Shown in pieces: positions 26,165 through 36,305 of a stretch of 37,066 bases of DNA; within the stretch, counting starts at the first letter, position 1; every line of letters begins with the position of its first letter. The translations under genes and the position numbers were made by a program. The notes beneath the pieces are model-generated. The model saw nothing but the letters and a program-made list of their open reading frames with translations, was not told the DNA's origin and made no database searches. This DNA is from Thermoplasmataceae archaeon (GTDB taxonomy: Archaea > Thermoplasmatota > Thermoplasmata > Thermoplasmatales > Thermoplasmataceae). The stretch covers positions 1-37,066 of the forward strand of contig JBJKSG010000013.1 in NCBI GenBank assembly GCA_046704325.1, read 5' to 3'.

Positions 26165-27073
26165 TCAGACAACTGTAAGCCAGTGTTTATACTTCTGGTT
26201 TCTACCCTTGACTATATCGAAGTACAGATCTCTAATCTTCCGCGACATGCTTTCTTTTTCTGCAGAATGAAGTTTGTAGCCGCTTATTTCAGAAATTGGA
26301 GTAACCTCCGCCGCTGTTCCTGCAAAGAAAGCCTCGTCAGAGGTAAGTAGTTCGCTGAGTCCTACGCGCTTCTCAACAACCGGGTTCTCGCTTTCGAGCA
26401 TCCGGATAATTGAGTCCCTCGTGATCCCGGCAAGTATGGGGCTCTCAAGCGATGGAGTATACACCCTCCCATCCTTGACAGAGAATATGTTTTCGCCCGG
26501 ACCTTCCGCTACAAAGCCAGATTTATCAAGAAGGACAGCTTCGTTGTAACCATCCATCCTTGCATCATGTGATGATAGATATGAGCTGAGATACTGCCCG
26601 GTGCCCTTTGCCATGGAAGGAAGTGCGGTGGAATCGATCTTCCTCCAGGGGGAGATCTTTACCCTGACACCTGCATCGAGATCACCGAAGTAGAGGTTCA
26701 GGCTAGTTGTGATGATTGCAACGGAGATCTTGGGCTCGCTGGGGTGAAGTCCGAGTCTTTCGTTTGCGTAAAATGCAAGTGGCCTGATGTAACTATCCTT
26801 CACTCCATTTACCCGCACAGTTTCCTTGATGGCCTCGCTGATCTCCTTCTCAGAATACCCCAAATCCATTCTGTAAATGTTAGCTGACTGCTGAAATCTC
26901 TTCATGTGGTCTTCCAGCCTGAAAATTGAGATCCCGGTTTCAGTTTCGTAGGAGCGTATACCCTCGAATATACCGGTACCGTAGTGCAGGGCATGAGTCA
27001 TGATATTAACTGTAGCATTTTCAGACTCCACCATTTTACCGTTGAGCCAGACGTATTTTGGTTTGAATGACAT
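26165..27073 (-). CDS. ilvE: branched-chain amino acid aminotransferase (PLP fold type IV)
   Basis: 302 aa. Class IV aminotransferase motifs (YIRPLAF, EAFFAGTAAEVTPI, lysine region GTGQYLSS). Confidence 0.85.
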   Translation of the reverse strand: MSFKPKYVWLNGKMVESENATVNIMTHALHYGTGIFEGIRSYETETGISIFRLEDHMKRFQQSANIYRMDLGYSEKEISEAIKETVRVNGVKDSYIRPLAFYANERLGLHPSEPKISVAIITTSLNLYFGDLDAGVRVKISPWRKIDSTALPSMAKGTGQYLSSYLSSHDARMDGYNEAVLLDKSGFVAEGPGENIFSVKDGRVYTPSLESPILAGITRDSIIRMLESENPVVEKRVGLSELLTSDEAFFAGTAAEVTPISEISGYKLHSAEKESMSRKIRDLYFDIVKGRNQKYKHWLTVV

Positions 27074-27264
27074 GGCTGGAAATCGAAGGAGGAGTTAAAA
27101 GCCTAACGCATTACATGCTAATGTTGTCTGACCCTTTTGTCTGCTTTTTTCGCAGTTTATATATATTTTAGACATTGCCTAATCAAAAACATCGGGTTAG
27201 AGCCACTTTCTGTACGTAAGTTTAAATAGTCGTGTTATTTATATTATAGACTGAGTAGGTAAGC

Positions 27265-27879
27265 ATGGTCGGTGACAAATTCAATTATTATCTCAAAATA
27301 ATATTAAATGCAACCATCGACGAGTATTCTGCAATTTCTGAACAGCTTGAAAATGATCTAGAGCTGTCAGTCGATGAAACTGAGGAACTTGAGCACCTGA
27401 TCTCCAGATATCTTCAGGCTCATAACTATAAGCTTGCTGTCAGAATTATTAACACAGTCACCGGAAATGAGGAGCTCCCTCCAAAGACCAGCGTGGACAA
27501 CTTCGGCGACACTGCTGATTATATTGGAGATGAGGTTAAATATGGGATCTCATGGAAGGTATTTGCTCCAAAACGGGGGTTCCTGATGAGCCCCATGAAG
27601 AAATGGTACTACAACGAGAGGATAGCTTCCATGCTTTCTAAAGCCCTTATTGACGTTATTCCCGGCAGATTCGCCGCCTATTTTGACACTCCTCCGTGGG
27701 TGCTGGGCACGGTGATGGCTCCTGGCTCTCGCTATATCCCGCTTTCTGAGCTCGTTGAACTGGCAATAGCCAAGGGAATTCTTGCCAGATGGGATTCGCT
27801 GGTGGGCTTCGGCATACCCCTTGATTACATCAAAGCCATGAAATCAACGGATATGGGATTCCAGAGAGACTCATCTTAA
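27265..27879 (+). CDS. hypothetical protein
   Basis: 204 aa. No recognisable motif. Divergent from ilvE. Confidence 0.4.
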   Translation: MVGDKFNYYLKIILNATIDEYSAISEQLENDLELSVDETEELEHLISRYLQAHNYKLAVRIINTVTGNEELPPKTSVDNFGDTADYIGDEVKYGISWKVFAPKRGFLMSPMKKWYYNERIASMLSKALIDVIPGRFAAYFDTPPWVLGTVMAPGSRYIPLSELVELAIAKGILARWDSLVGFGIPLDYIKAMKSTDMGFQRDSS

Positions 27880-27930
27880 TTCGCCTCACAGATTTCACAA
27901 ATTATTTTACTGTTCTTTGGATTCAAGTGC

Positions 27931-28791
27931 ATGAAATATAGCGGGATAATTACCCCTATGCTGACACCTTTTAACGATTCCGGGAGCATCGATAAAGACT
28001 CTACTTCCCTTCTGATGGAATATCTCAAGGGAATAGGAGTTTCTGGCTTCTTTCCCCTCGGTTCTACTGGACTATTTCCCTATCTGTTCACTGAAGAGAG
28101 GGTCAGTTTTCTGCAGCATGTAAATGACTTGAAAGGGGATTTGAAGGTTTTCGCTGGAATTGGGTCTTCCAACACGGAAGAATGCATCAAACTGGCCAGA
28201 AACGCATGCGACATCGGTGTCGACGTCCTGGTGATGATGCCCACTTATTACATACGCCCATCTGCAGAGGAGATGCACAGGCATTTTTCCCTGGTTCTCG
28301 ACAAGGTTGACAGAGATTTCTTCATATACAACATACCTCAACTGGCCGGGGAATCCATACCCATCGACGTGATAGAGAAATTGAAGGAGGAGTATTCGCA
28401 GGTTGCAGGACTCAAGGAATCATCCGGTGATATGCGTTATCTCTCCAAGCTGATGCCTTTATCTGGAAACAACTTCTCAATCTTCCAGGGACAGGACGAT
28501 CTGCTTGTTCCATCTTTATCTATCGGTGCAGATGGAGGTGTTTGCGGCCTGACCAATTTCTCTGATATCATCGTGCGTGTTTACAAGGAATACAGAAACG
28601 GAAATGAAAGCGAAGCGATAAAGCTGCAGAGGGAGGCAAATTCACTGATGAGGATAATCACAGAGCCAAACTTCCCATCCGGATACTACTATGCATTTTA
28701 CCATAAGCAGGGAATCAAGGGCGGTTACAGGTCTCCCATGATAGAACCTTCCGAAAGCGGAAAGGCTGCAATTGATACTGTTTTGCAGTGA
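27931..28791 (+). CDS. DapA-family class I aldolase (dihydrodipicolinate synthase / 2-keto-3-deoxygluconate aldolase-like)
   Basis: 286 aa. TPF..DGSID N-terminal motif, GSTGL, and the Schiff-base lysine context AGLKESSGD. Confidence 0.8.
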   Translation: MKYSGIITPMLTPFNDSGSIDKDSTSLLMEYLKGIGVSGFFPLGSTGLFPYLFTEERVSFLQHVNDLKGDLKVFAGIGSSNTEECIKLARNACDIGVDVLVMMPTYYIRPSAEEMHRHFSLVLDKVDRDFFIYNIPQLAGESIPIDVIEKLKEEYSQVAGLKESSGDMRYLSKLMPLSGNNFSIFQGQDDLLVPSLSIGADGGVCGLTNFSDIIVRVYKEYRNGNESEAIKLQREANSLMRIITEPNFPSGYYYAFYHKQGIKGGYRSPMIEPSESGKAAIDTVLQ

Positions 28792-28891
28792 TACTTCGAA
28801 GGTATGGTTTCCATGTCAGGCTCAAAACTTATCGTGAAAATATAAATATGGTCTCACCCTAACCGTTTGCCTTAATGAAGGAGGATTAGTT

Positions 28892-29260
28892 ATGGACAAG
28901 AATACGTATGTGAAGTTTGAAACTCCCGAAAGCTTACAGAAATCCCTGTTAGATATTGTTGAAAATTCATACAGGAACGGTAAGATTAAGAAAGGAACAA
29001 ACGAAGTGATTAAGTCAATTGAGAGAGGAGAGAGCAAGCTGGTAGTCATATCTGAGGACGTGAACCCGCCAGAGGTAGTATATTACCTGCCGATGCTCTG
29101 TGAAGAGCGCAAGGTACCGTATGGCTACATAAAGAGCAGGGCTGAGCTTGGAAAGAGAGTTGGCATAGCTTCTGCTGCATCCATATCTGTGACAGATTAT
29201 GGAAAGAGCGATGATCTCTACAAGCGTATTGCAGAGGAACTCGCTTCCCTGAAGAAGTGA
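28892..29260 (+). CDS. rpl7ae: 50S ribosomal protein L7Ae (also box C/D and H/ACA sRNP component)
   Basis: 122 aa. [30 protein letters not shown]...[14 protein letters not shown] lies 8 nt upstream of the ATG. Confidence 0.9.
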   Translation: MDKNTYVKFETPESLQKSLLDIVENSYRNGKIKKGTNEVIKSIERGESKLVVISEDVNPPEVVYYLPMLCEERKVPYGYIKSRAELGKRVGIASAASISVTDYGKSDDLYKRIAEELASLKK

Positions 29261-29264
29261 TTTC

Positions 29265-29474
29265 ATGGCAGACGACGCAACTCCTGCTGAGATACTTGAA
29301 CTGATGGGCAGAACCGGCATGGCGGGGGAAGCAACAACCGTTAAGGTACGTGTTCTTTCCGGTAGAGATCAGGGAAGGATCATAACCAGGAACGTACTGG
29401 GCCCTGTCAGGATCGGGGACGTCGTAATGCTCAGAGAGACCGCAAGAGAAGCAAAGAAGCTATCCATCAGGTGA
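29265..29474 (+). CDS. rps28e: 30S ribosomal protein S28e
   Basis: 69 aa. [24 protein letters not shown]...[21 protein letters not shown]. 4-nt gap after rpl7ae. Confidence 0.9.
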   Translation: MADDATPAEILELMGRTGMAGEATTVKVRVLSGRDQGRIITRNVLGPVRIGDVVMLRETAREAKKLSIR

Positions 29475-29478
29475 TTAA

Positions 29479-29691
29479 ATGCAATTAAGAAACTGCACAT
29501 TTTGTGGTACCCAGATAGAGCCTGGCACCGGTATGATGTTCATCAGGAGAGATGGAGCATACCTGTTCTTCTGCAGCAGGAAATGCCGGGTAAACATGCA
29601 GAAGCTTCGCAGGATTCCGAGAAATACCAGATGGACAAATGATTTCAGGAATGTAAAGAACCTGAAGCACAGGGCAGCCAAGAACCAGTGA
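29479..29691 (+). CDS. rpl24e: 50S ribosomal protein L24e
   Basis: 70 aa. C4 zinc ribbon CTFCG...[16 protein letters not shown]. Confidence 0.9.
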   Translation: MQLRNCTFCGTQIEPGTGMMFIRRDGAYLFFCSRKCRVNMQKLRRIPRNTRWTNDFRNVKNLKHRAAKNQ

Positions 29692-29695
29692 TGAT

Positions 29696-30139
29696 ATGGA
29701 GCGAACCTTAGTATTGATCAAACCAGATGGTCTCAAGAGAAGGCTCTCTGGTGAAGTTATCTCGAGACTTGAGAGAAAGGGTCTCAAACTGGCTGCTCTC
29801 AAGCTCCTTCGACTATCTAAAAACAAGGCTGAGGAACATTATTCCGTACACAGAGATAAGCCATTTTTTGCGGAATTAGTTCAGTATATAACATCAGACT
29901 CGATAATAGCAATGGTGGTAGAGGGGAGATCAGCAATATCCGTAGTAAGATCCCTCGCAGGCGCGACAGACGGCTCGAAGGCAGCCCCTGGAACCATTCG
30001 GGGCGATTTTTCAAACAGCATACAGATGAACATAGTTCACGCTTCAGACTCACAGGAATCTTACGAAAAGGAAGTTGGCATATACTTCAGCAAAGACGAG
30101 ATTCATGAGATTACTTACGGGGATGAAGGCCTAATTTGA
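29696..30139 (+). CDS. ndk: nucleoside diphosphate kinase
   Basis: 147 aa. [28 protein letters not shown], and the NIVHASD active-site His. Confidence 0.9.
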   Translation: MERTLVLIKPDGLKRRLSGEVISRLERKGLKLAALKLLRLSKNKAEEHYSVHRDKPFFAELVQYITSDSIIAMVVEGRSAISVVRSLAGATDGSKAAPGTIRGDFSNSIQMNIVHASDSQESYEKEVGIYFSKDEIHEITYGDEGLI

Positions 30140-30149
30140 TGGTGGAAAG

Positions 30150-31907
30150 ATGGATACTAAAAGCCTCAGGCAGCCCATCATATGCGTGCTTGGTCATGTG
30201 GACCATGGAAAAACAACACTTCTAGACGCAATCCGTGGTACGGCAGTTGCCAGAACCGAGGCGGGCGGAATCACCCAGAGAATTGGTGCAACAGACATCT
30301 CTACAGCGAGTCTCGCAAAGGCTGCTAAGAGTTTTCCGTCACTGAGCAAACTCAAGATCCCGGGACTCTTATTCGTGGATACCCCTGGACACGTCGCCTT
30401 CTCCAACATGAGAGCCAGGGGAGGCGCGCTTGCTGACATCGCTATCCTGGTCATTGATCTCAATGACGGGATAATGCCCCAGACCCTTGAATCTATCAAT
30501 ACACTTAAAAAATTCAAGACTCCGTTCATAGTGGTTGCAAATAAGATAGATCTCATCCCTTATACAATTGAAACACATGGATCGACTTTCATAGAATTCC
30601 TGAAACGCCAGCGACAGGAGTTCGTGGACGAATTCGAAAAGCGGTTATACAAAGTGGTCGGACAGCTCTACGAAAATGGCCTCACATCAGATAGATATGA
30701 CAGGATTAACGACTTTACAAAGACTATAGCAATTGTTCCGGTCAGCGCGAAATCGCAGATAGGGGTTGCAGACACTCTTTTCGTGCTTACGGGACTTGCA
30801 CAGCGTTATCTGGAGAACGAGATAACACTGAACCAGGAGAAGGCGGGCCGAGGCACCATAATAGAAGTCAAGAAAGAGGAATCTGCGGGCATTATGCTCG
30901 ATACTGTGCTATATCAGGGTACGATCAGCAGGACAGACAGGATCGCAATCAACACCAAGACCGGACCGACGGTTGCAAGGGTGAAGGCTCTGCTTGTGAA
31001 CAAAGGAGCAAGATCCAAGGATCTGATAGAGAAGGAAAGACTCACTGCGGCTGCCGCTATCAGAATCCTCATCTCTGAGAAGCTGGAGGTTTTACCTGGA
31101 TCACCTGTCATGGTCATAAGGGATGAGAGCGAGATACCTGATGCTTACAAGCAGATTGAAGCAGAATCACATCCAAATATAGAACTGTCGCAGGAAGGAA
31201 TAAATGTCAAAGCAGATTCTCTGGGTTCCCTGGAAGCGGTTTGCTACGAGATAATCAAAGCTGGCGTCAAGATCAGATCTGCCCAGATTGGCGATATCTC
31301 AAAGAAAGATCTGATCAACGCTTCCACTATAAATGAAACAATGGACAGGATAGTAGTTGGGTTCAATGTAGGCATGATGCCGGATGCTCGAGAAGAGGCA
31401 ATTAACTATGATGCCAATGTCCTGATCGGGAACATAATATATGCTCTCGTTGAAGATCTCCAGAAGTCGATAGAACAGAGAAAGAACGAACAGGAAGAAT
31501 CAACGAAGAAGAACATCCCGATTCCTTCCAAGCTGACAATAATGCCGGAATATATTTTCCGTGCAACAAAGCCTGTAATCGTTGGAATTAAGGTCTTTTC
31601 AGGAAGGATCAAGGTAGGTGATACCCTGATGAAGCAGGATGGCAGATACGGCGGTGTGGTGAAAAGCATCCGTGATGGAACTGTGAGCAAACAGTCTGCA
31701 GATGCACCATCTGAAGTTGCAGTAGCCATCGACGGGGTCACGCTGAACAGGCAGATTCATCCTGGTGAGGTCCTTTTTGTGGACATCCCTGAGAATACTG
31801 TCAGGGAGTTGAGGAAAAACAACCTTGATCCAATGATAATGGAAACTCTTGAGGAAATCATTCAGATCAAGAGAAAGGAAAACAAGTTCTGGGGAACCCG
31901 CACCTAG
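30150..31907 (+). CDS. infB: translation initiation factor aIF5B (IF-2 homologue)
   Basis: 585 aa. G1 GHVDHGKTTLLD, G3 DTPGH, G4 NKID. No intein. Completes the conserved archaeal L7Ae-S28e-L24e-ndk-infB operon. Confidence 0.9.
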   Translation: MDTKSLRQPIICVLGHVDHGKTTLLDAIRGTAVARTEAGGITQRIGATDISTASLAKAAKSFPSLSKLKIPGLLFVDTPGHVAFSNMRARGGALADIAILVIDLNDGIMPQTLESINTLKKFKTPFIVVANKIDLIPYTIETHGSTFIEFLKRQRQEFVDEFEKRLYKVVGQLYENGLTSDRYDRINDFTKTIAIVPVSAKSQIGVADTLFVLTGLAQRYLENEITLNQEKAGRGTIIEVKKEESAGIMLDTVLYQGTISRTDRIAINTKTGPTVARVKALLVNKGARSKDLIEKERLTAAAAIRILISEKLEVLPGSPVMVIRDESEIPDAYKQIEAESHPNIELSQEGINVKADSLGSLEAVCYEIIKAGVKIRSAQIGDISKKDLINASTINETMDRIVVGFNVGMMPDAREEAINYDANVLIGNIIYALVEDLQKSIEQRKNEQEESTKKNIPIPSKLTIMPEYIFRATKPVIVGIKVFSGRIKVGDTLMKQDGRYGGVVKSIRDGTVSKQSADAPSEVAVAIDGVTLNRQIHPGEVLFVDIPENTVRELRKNNLDPMIMETLEEIIQIKRKENKFWGTRT

Positions 31908-32896
31908 GCGTATAGGAAGAGAAGATACCCGCTGACGATTGAGCAGGCAGCGAGTATTATCGACATATATTTCCTCAAAGATTTGCGGACGACAATTATG
32001 AGTAATCCAGATAGGAAGACCAGGAAATACAGGCTCCACATTGAACCGGTTGTAACCAGGTTTCCAAACAGAGTCACTATACCTAAAACAAGTGTAAGTT
32101 TGTATACAGTGCTACCGATCAAGACTGCTATTGCAGACTTTGCAAGTGATTTCCTGAACGTTATGTAAATCACGAAAAGTTCCGGGATCGAACCAGAAAT
32201 TCCAGTTAGGATAAAACTTCCGAGGAAATATGATATTCCGAGCTCAACTGATATATATCTGGTATATTCAACAAGTGACAGAGAACTTACAAACAGGAGC
32301 GCGATCGAGAGTGCAAGACTGAGATATGAAGGTCTGGTTTCCTCAACCTTGGAAACTTCCTCGGATCCTCGCCTCGCAGTCTTGAGGAAATACAGTACAA
32401 AGAGACCTATAAGCAGAGGCGCGATGTATATAGGTACGATGGAAAAAACGAGAGAGATGGAGAGAAAAACACAGGTAATTCCTATCAGGATAATGAGATC
32501 GTTCTGGAATCCCTTCACCTTTGCACTTGCAATCACCAGAGGCATCATTATCAGGGCAACAGCCATCGTGACCACGTTCGAGCCCTGTACTGCTCCAAGG
32601 CTGATGTCGCCGAACCCAAGCGATGCCGCTATTATTGTCAGGAAGAGCTCGTCAGCAACACTCGCAATGGATAGGATAAGATAACCCTGTCTTTTCTGTG
32701 ATAGGCCAAACCTGCTACCTATAACGGTGGATTGATCTACGATAAGGTCGGAGCCCAGATAAATAGCGACTATCGATATTATTGCCGCTAACACCAGAAT
32801 TATGGGATAATAGAGAAATATGTAGAAAGTCAGTGCATTGAGTAAGAGGGCTATGCCCCCAAAGTTTCTCGAATTCCTAAAAATCCATCTGCTCAT
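31904..32896 (-). CDS. CaCA-family cation/Ca2+ exchanger membrane protein (YrbG-like)
   Basis: 330 aa. Two alpha-repeat regions (SIASVADELFLTI... and GISGSIPELFVIYITF). Its start overlaps the speH stop (ATGA). Its 3' end overlaps infB by 4 nt, convergent. Confidence 0.7.
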   Translation of the reverse strand: MSRWIFRNSRNFGGIALLLNALTFYIFLYYPIILVLAAIISIVAIYLGSDLIVDQSTVIGSRFGLSQKRQGYLILSIASVADELFLTIIAASLGFGDISLGAVQGSNVVTMAVALIMMPLVIASAKVKGFQNDLIILIGITCVFLSISLVFSIVPIYIAPLLIGLFVLYFLKTARRGSEEVSKVEETRPSYLSLALSIALLFVSSLSLVEYTRYISVELGISYFLGSFILTGISGSIPELFVIYITFRKSLAKSAIAVLIGSTVYKLTLVLGIVTLFGNLVTTGSMWSLYFLVFLSGLLIIVVRKSLRKYMSIILAACSIVSGYLLFLYA

Positions 32897-33285
32897 TGAA
32901 CAAGGGCGTTTTCAGGGACATTTATCCTTACTTCCTCAACTATCTTGCTCCCTCTGGTCAGTTTCTTGTAATCTATGGAAGTCGGATTCAGGTGCTTTAC
33001 AATGTAATTGAACGCCATATCCGCGTGCTGTGGTTCTCCGCAAGTGTATATGTCAAGAGTGACCAAGTGGTGCTCTGGCCACGTATGGAAGGAAAGATGC
33101 GACTCAGCCAAAAGGACAACACCGCTTACGCCCTGGGGCTGGAACTGAAAATAATTCGCAGACAGCTTGGTCAGCTTTCCGTACTTCACTGCTTCCTCAA
33201 TCAGAGGAATTACACTGTCAGATTTCGAAATCAGCCGGTCCTCTATTCCATAGAGATCTGCCACAATATGAATCCCCACGGTCAT
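32893..33285 (-). CDS. speH: S-adenosylmethionine decarboxylase proenzyme (pyruvoyl-dependent, class 1)
   Basis: 130 aa. Self-cleavage site LLAESHLSFHTWPE (Glu-Ser). Length is typical of archaeal/bacterial SpeH. Confidence 0.85.
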   Translation of the reverse strand: MTVGIHIVADLYGIEDRLISKSDSVIPLIEEAVKYGKLTKLSANYFQFQPQGVSGVVLLAESHLSFHTWPEHHLVTLDIYTCGEPQHADMAFNYIVKHLNPTSIDYKKLTRGSKIVEEVRINVPENALVQ

Positions 33286-33471
33286 CTTCAGATTCCTCCA
33301 TACAAGACCCCCAATACCATTAGAATAGGTGATAAATATCTTGTATTTAAATATTTAATATCATGAGCTGAGAAATTTTTATTCTGTCATGTCCATAGAT
33401 ATCGTAATTCCCGACGGCATATATGAATAATCCAAATCATATATCTCAACTTATATATTATTAGTGTGTGA

Positions 33472-34227
33472 TTAAATGCTGTTGACGCCTATATGAACCT
33501 GTGGATATTTTTTGGAAAGTTCAGATAATTCTGTTGATATATAAAGAAACCTTGACTCTGAAATAAATATTCTGGAGGAAATTCCTCGGATTGCAGCGTC
33601 GAATGCAGCGTTAAGAGCTGCGAACTCGAAGTCAATTTTCATTATCTTGGAAACGGCGGAAAATGCTTCCTCACCAATCACACCTATCTTCTTTCCACCT
33701 ATTTTCTCTTCCAGTTTTTCTTCAATTTCATGTGTTGAATATGCGTCTATCTTAGGAAGCAACAGCAAGTCAATTCTTCCAATGCTTAGGTCAATTATAC
33801 CATTTACATTACTGATGCCCACTACGTGGTCAACCTCCGCATCACGATCAGAAACACCTCTAGCCTTACCTCGGGAATCTCTTGAAGCTCTCAAATAACC
33901 GTTCTTCATGTATAGAAAGACAGATTCACCCTTTGATATCCTTGAAGCCGCCAATGCTTCCCAAACTATATCTCGATTAAGCAATGAGAGCTTTTCAGAA
34001 ATCATCGTTGTCAGATCCTTGAGACCCGTGAAAAGGAAAGCGTAACCTTCTGGAGTGATCTTGCCTGTCTGATCGATATATCCACTTTCCGTAAGAATTC
34101 GTAAATGGTAGAGAATACCCTGCAGGGTGAGACCCAGATCCTTCGCCATTTCTGTTGGGGAACCCGACTGTTCAAAAACCTTTGACAGGACGAGGAGTTG
34201 GTTGACTCCAGTTCGTTTCGCCTTCAC
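33472..34227 (-). CDS. winged-HTH transcriptional regulator with uncharacterised C-terminal domain
   Basis: 251 aa. N-terminal MarR/TrmB-like wHTH (PTEMAKDLGLTLQGILYHLRILTESGYID). The C-terminal part of about 150 aa is unrecognised. Lies upstream of speH-CaCA on the same strand. Confidence 0.5.
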   Translation of the reverse strand: MKAKRTGVNQLLVLSKVFEQSGSPTEMAKDLGLTLQGILYHLRILTESGYIDQTGKITPEGYAFLFTGLKDLTTMISEKLSLLNRDIVWEALAASRISKGESVFLYMKNGYLRASRDSRGKARGVSDRDAEVDHVVGISNVNGIIDLSIGRIDLLLLPKIDAYSTHEIEEKLEEKIGGKKIGVIGEEAFSAVSKIMKIDFEFAALNAAFDAAIRGISSRIFISESRFLYISTELSELSKKYPQVHIGVNSI

Positions 34228-34364
34228 AGTACAGAATTATTCTCTTAATATATTAATATACATAGATCCATACTTTCTTCGGGTTCCACCGTTTTCAAGA
34301 TAGAAGTGATTCTATCTGTCAAAAAAAAATGTAAATTCCTTATGCATCTGCGTGATTTACAAGT

Positions 34365-34982
34365 GTGCTCTATGATCTTGGAATAACAGATTACCAGGAT
34401 GCGTTGCGATTGCAGCATGAGGTAGTAAACCTGGTGAATTCCGGAGTGAAGAAAGATACTATCATATTTGTGGAGCATACCGATGTTTATACTGCAGGCA
34501 AACACACACTGCAGGAACACATGATAAATGGTGCGTTGAGAGTTGAACGCGGCGGTTCTATAACGTACCACGGCCCTGGTCAGATTGTGGTGTATTTCAT
34601 CATTAACCTGAAGACAAACAAGATGACTATTCTTGATCTAATAAATTCAATCCATGGCGGCCTATGTGAGCTACTCAGAAGCTATGGCATGCGACCAGAC
34701 AGCAAGCTCGGCGAAGAAACAGGTGTATGGATAGAAAACCGAAAAATTGCTTCCACGGGTCTTGCTGTCCGGGAATTCGCATCTTTTCATGGAACCGCTC
34801 TAAATGTCTCGACCAACCTTGACAAGTTTAATTCAATAAACCCATGTGGATTTTCTCCAGAAATAATGACCTCCATGGAGAAGGAAATCGGGAAAACTGT
34901 ATCTTTAGAAACAGTTAAGTCACAACTCAGAACAATCTTCAGCCGTATTTTTCCCGGTGTAATGGAAGAAGTTAAGGCTTAG
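34365..34982 (+). CDS. lipB: octanoyltransferase (lipoyl(octanoyl) transferase)
   Basis: 205 aa. GTG start. FVEHTDVYTAGKHT, GGSITYHGPGQIVVY, and the catalytic-lysine region NRKIASTGLAV. Confidence 0.8.
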   Translation: MLYDLGITDYQDALRLQHEVVNLVNSGVKKDTIIFVEHTDVYTAGKHTLQEHMINGALRVERGGSITYHGPGQIVVYFIINLKTNKMTILDLINSIHGGLCELLRSYGMRPDSKLGEETGVWIENRKIASTGLAVREFASFHGTALNVSTNLDKFNSINPCGFSPEIMTSMEKEIGKTVSLETVKSQLRTIFSRIFPGVMEEVKA

Positions 34983-35020
34983 GGAAATACTTAATAGAGA
35001 AATGGTGCTAATCTCACAGA

Positions 35021-35548
35021 ATGGCTGCTCCAGTAACCACTTCAGGTAACCCGGTTATCTTTAATTATGAATTCCTGATATTTCTTGCTTTGATTATTGT
35101 TTTTAGACTAAGAAGAGGGTTTCAAGGACAGCATTACAGCAATAGAATATTTGTCCTGCCTATATTGTACACGCTTATACTGGCGGATCTTATCTACTTC
35201 TTAGATTTGGAATATATAGGTATCTGTATTGGATTTGCTCTTGTAGCGATCCCACTTGGATTGCGACTGTCGGAAAACCCGGAATTCTTCTACCGCGGAA
35301 ACCAGTTATTCTTCAAGAGATCCAATATTCTGATGATGCTCTGGCTTGGGGGCTTGGTAGTTAGGGTAGCCATTGAGGTAGCATTGCCCTTTTCAACATT
35401 TATCGACTTCATACTTTCTGCGGTTCTCGCGTTCACTTTGGGTCTAATAGTGGGCGAAAGGGTGCGGGTCTACACGAAAGGGAAGGAGATACTTAGCAAA
35501 CCCGATTCAAACACCACAGGATTTCAGGAGATTCTATCAAAAGACTGA
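35021..35548 (+). CDS. hypothetical integral membrane protein (about 4 TM)
   Basis: 175 aa with four hydrophobic helices. No motif recognised. Confidence 0.4.
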   Translation: MAAPVTTSGNPVIFNYEFLIFLALIIVFRLRRGFQGQHYSNRIFVLPILYTLILADLIYFLDLEYIGICIGFALVAIPLGLRLSENPEFFYRGNQLFFKRSNILMMLWLGGLVVRVAIEVALPFSTFIDFILSAVLAFTLGLIVGERVRVYTKGKEILSKPDSNTTGFQEILSKD

Positions 35549-35639
35549 TTGGTGATACGCTCCATTTATCCAAGGATAAAAATATTAACAACAAAGTTTA
35601 ATAGTAAGATGTATTTCTGTTAATTCGAGGTAAAACTCA

Positions 35640-36131
35640 ATGAAGTTAGTCATTAGGAATGATGATAAAAAGGATAAAGCAGTTTCACCTATTATTGCAA
35701 CCATCTTGATTGTCGCAATAACTGTGGTTCTTGCTGCTACGCTCTATGCAGTTCTTGGTGGATTTACAAGTTTGATTGGTAAGCCTACTCCAAGTGGGTC
35801 GTTTACTATTTCGAGTTCTGGGAGTTCCACAACCGGGTTCACATACTCACTTTCAATGGACAGTTTATCGACAAATGTAAGTATGAGTAATGTTGAACTG
35901 AAAATAACTGCATCTAATGGAACAGCATACACCAGTAGTGCTCTTTCATCAGCCGGACCTCTGACCCTTGGGACGAGTGGGTACACCATATCTAGCATAG
36001 CTCCGAATACAACCACTCTTAGCATATCTACTATAATCACTCTTACGTCTGTGGGAGGAGCAGGCGGTATATCACAGATAGCACTAATTGACACTGCATC
36101 TGGTGGAACTATCTATAGTGGTGCGGCCTAA
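35640..36131 (+). CDS. archaeal type IV pilin-like protein (class III signal peptide, S/T-rich mature domain)
   Basis: 163 aa. Charged N-region MKLVIRNDDKKDK followed by AVSPIIATILIVAITVVLAATLYAV, which matches the archaeal pilin N-terminal (QVSPVIA-type) hydrophobic domain. The rest is Ser/Thr/Gly-rich. Confidence 0.6.
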   Translation: MKLVIRNDDKKDKAVSPIIATILIVAITVVLAATLYAVLGGFTSLIGKPTPSGSFTISSSGSSTTGFTYSLSMDSLSTNVSMSNVELKITASNGTAYTSSALSSAGPLTLGTSGYTISSIAPNTTTLSISTIITLTSVGGAGGISQIALIDTASGGTIYSGAA

Positions 36132-36305
36132 AATTTATTCTTTTAATTCATCAAGTAGCATTTTTTTCTTCAAACCATAATTATTTCTCTTTTATTTGGT
36201 TTGTTGAAAGAGTTAGAAACTGTGCATTACCTTAATGATGCTAATATCACGAGGAAAAACAAAAGCAACGAAAATGGCTTTTTTCCTGTTTGGTATATTC
36301 TATTT

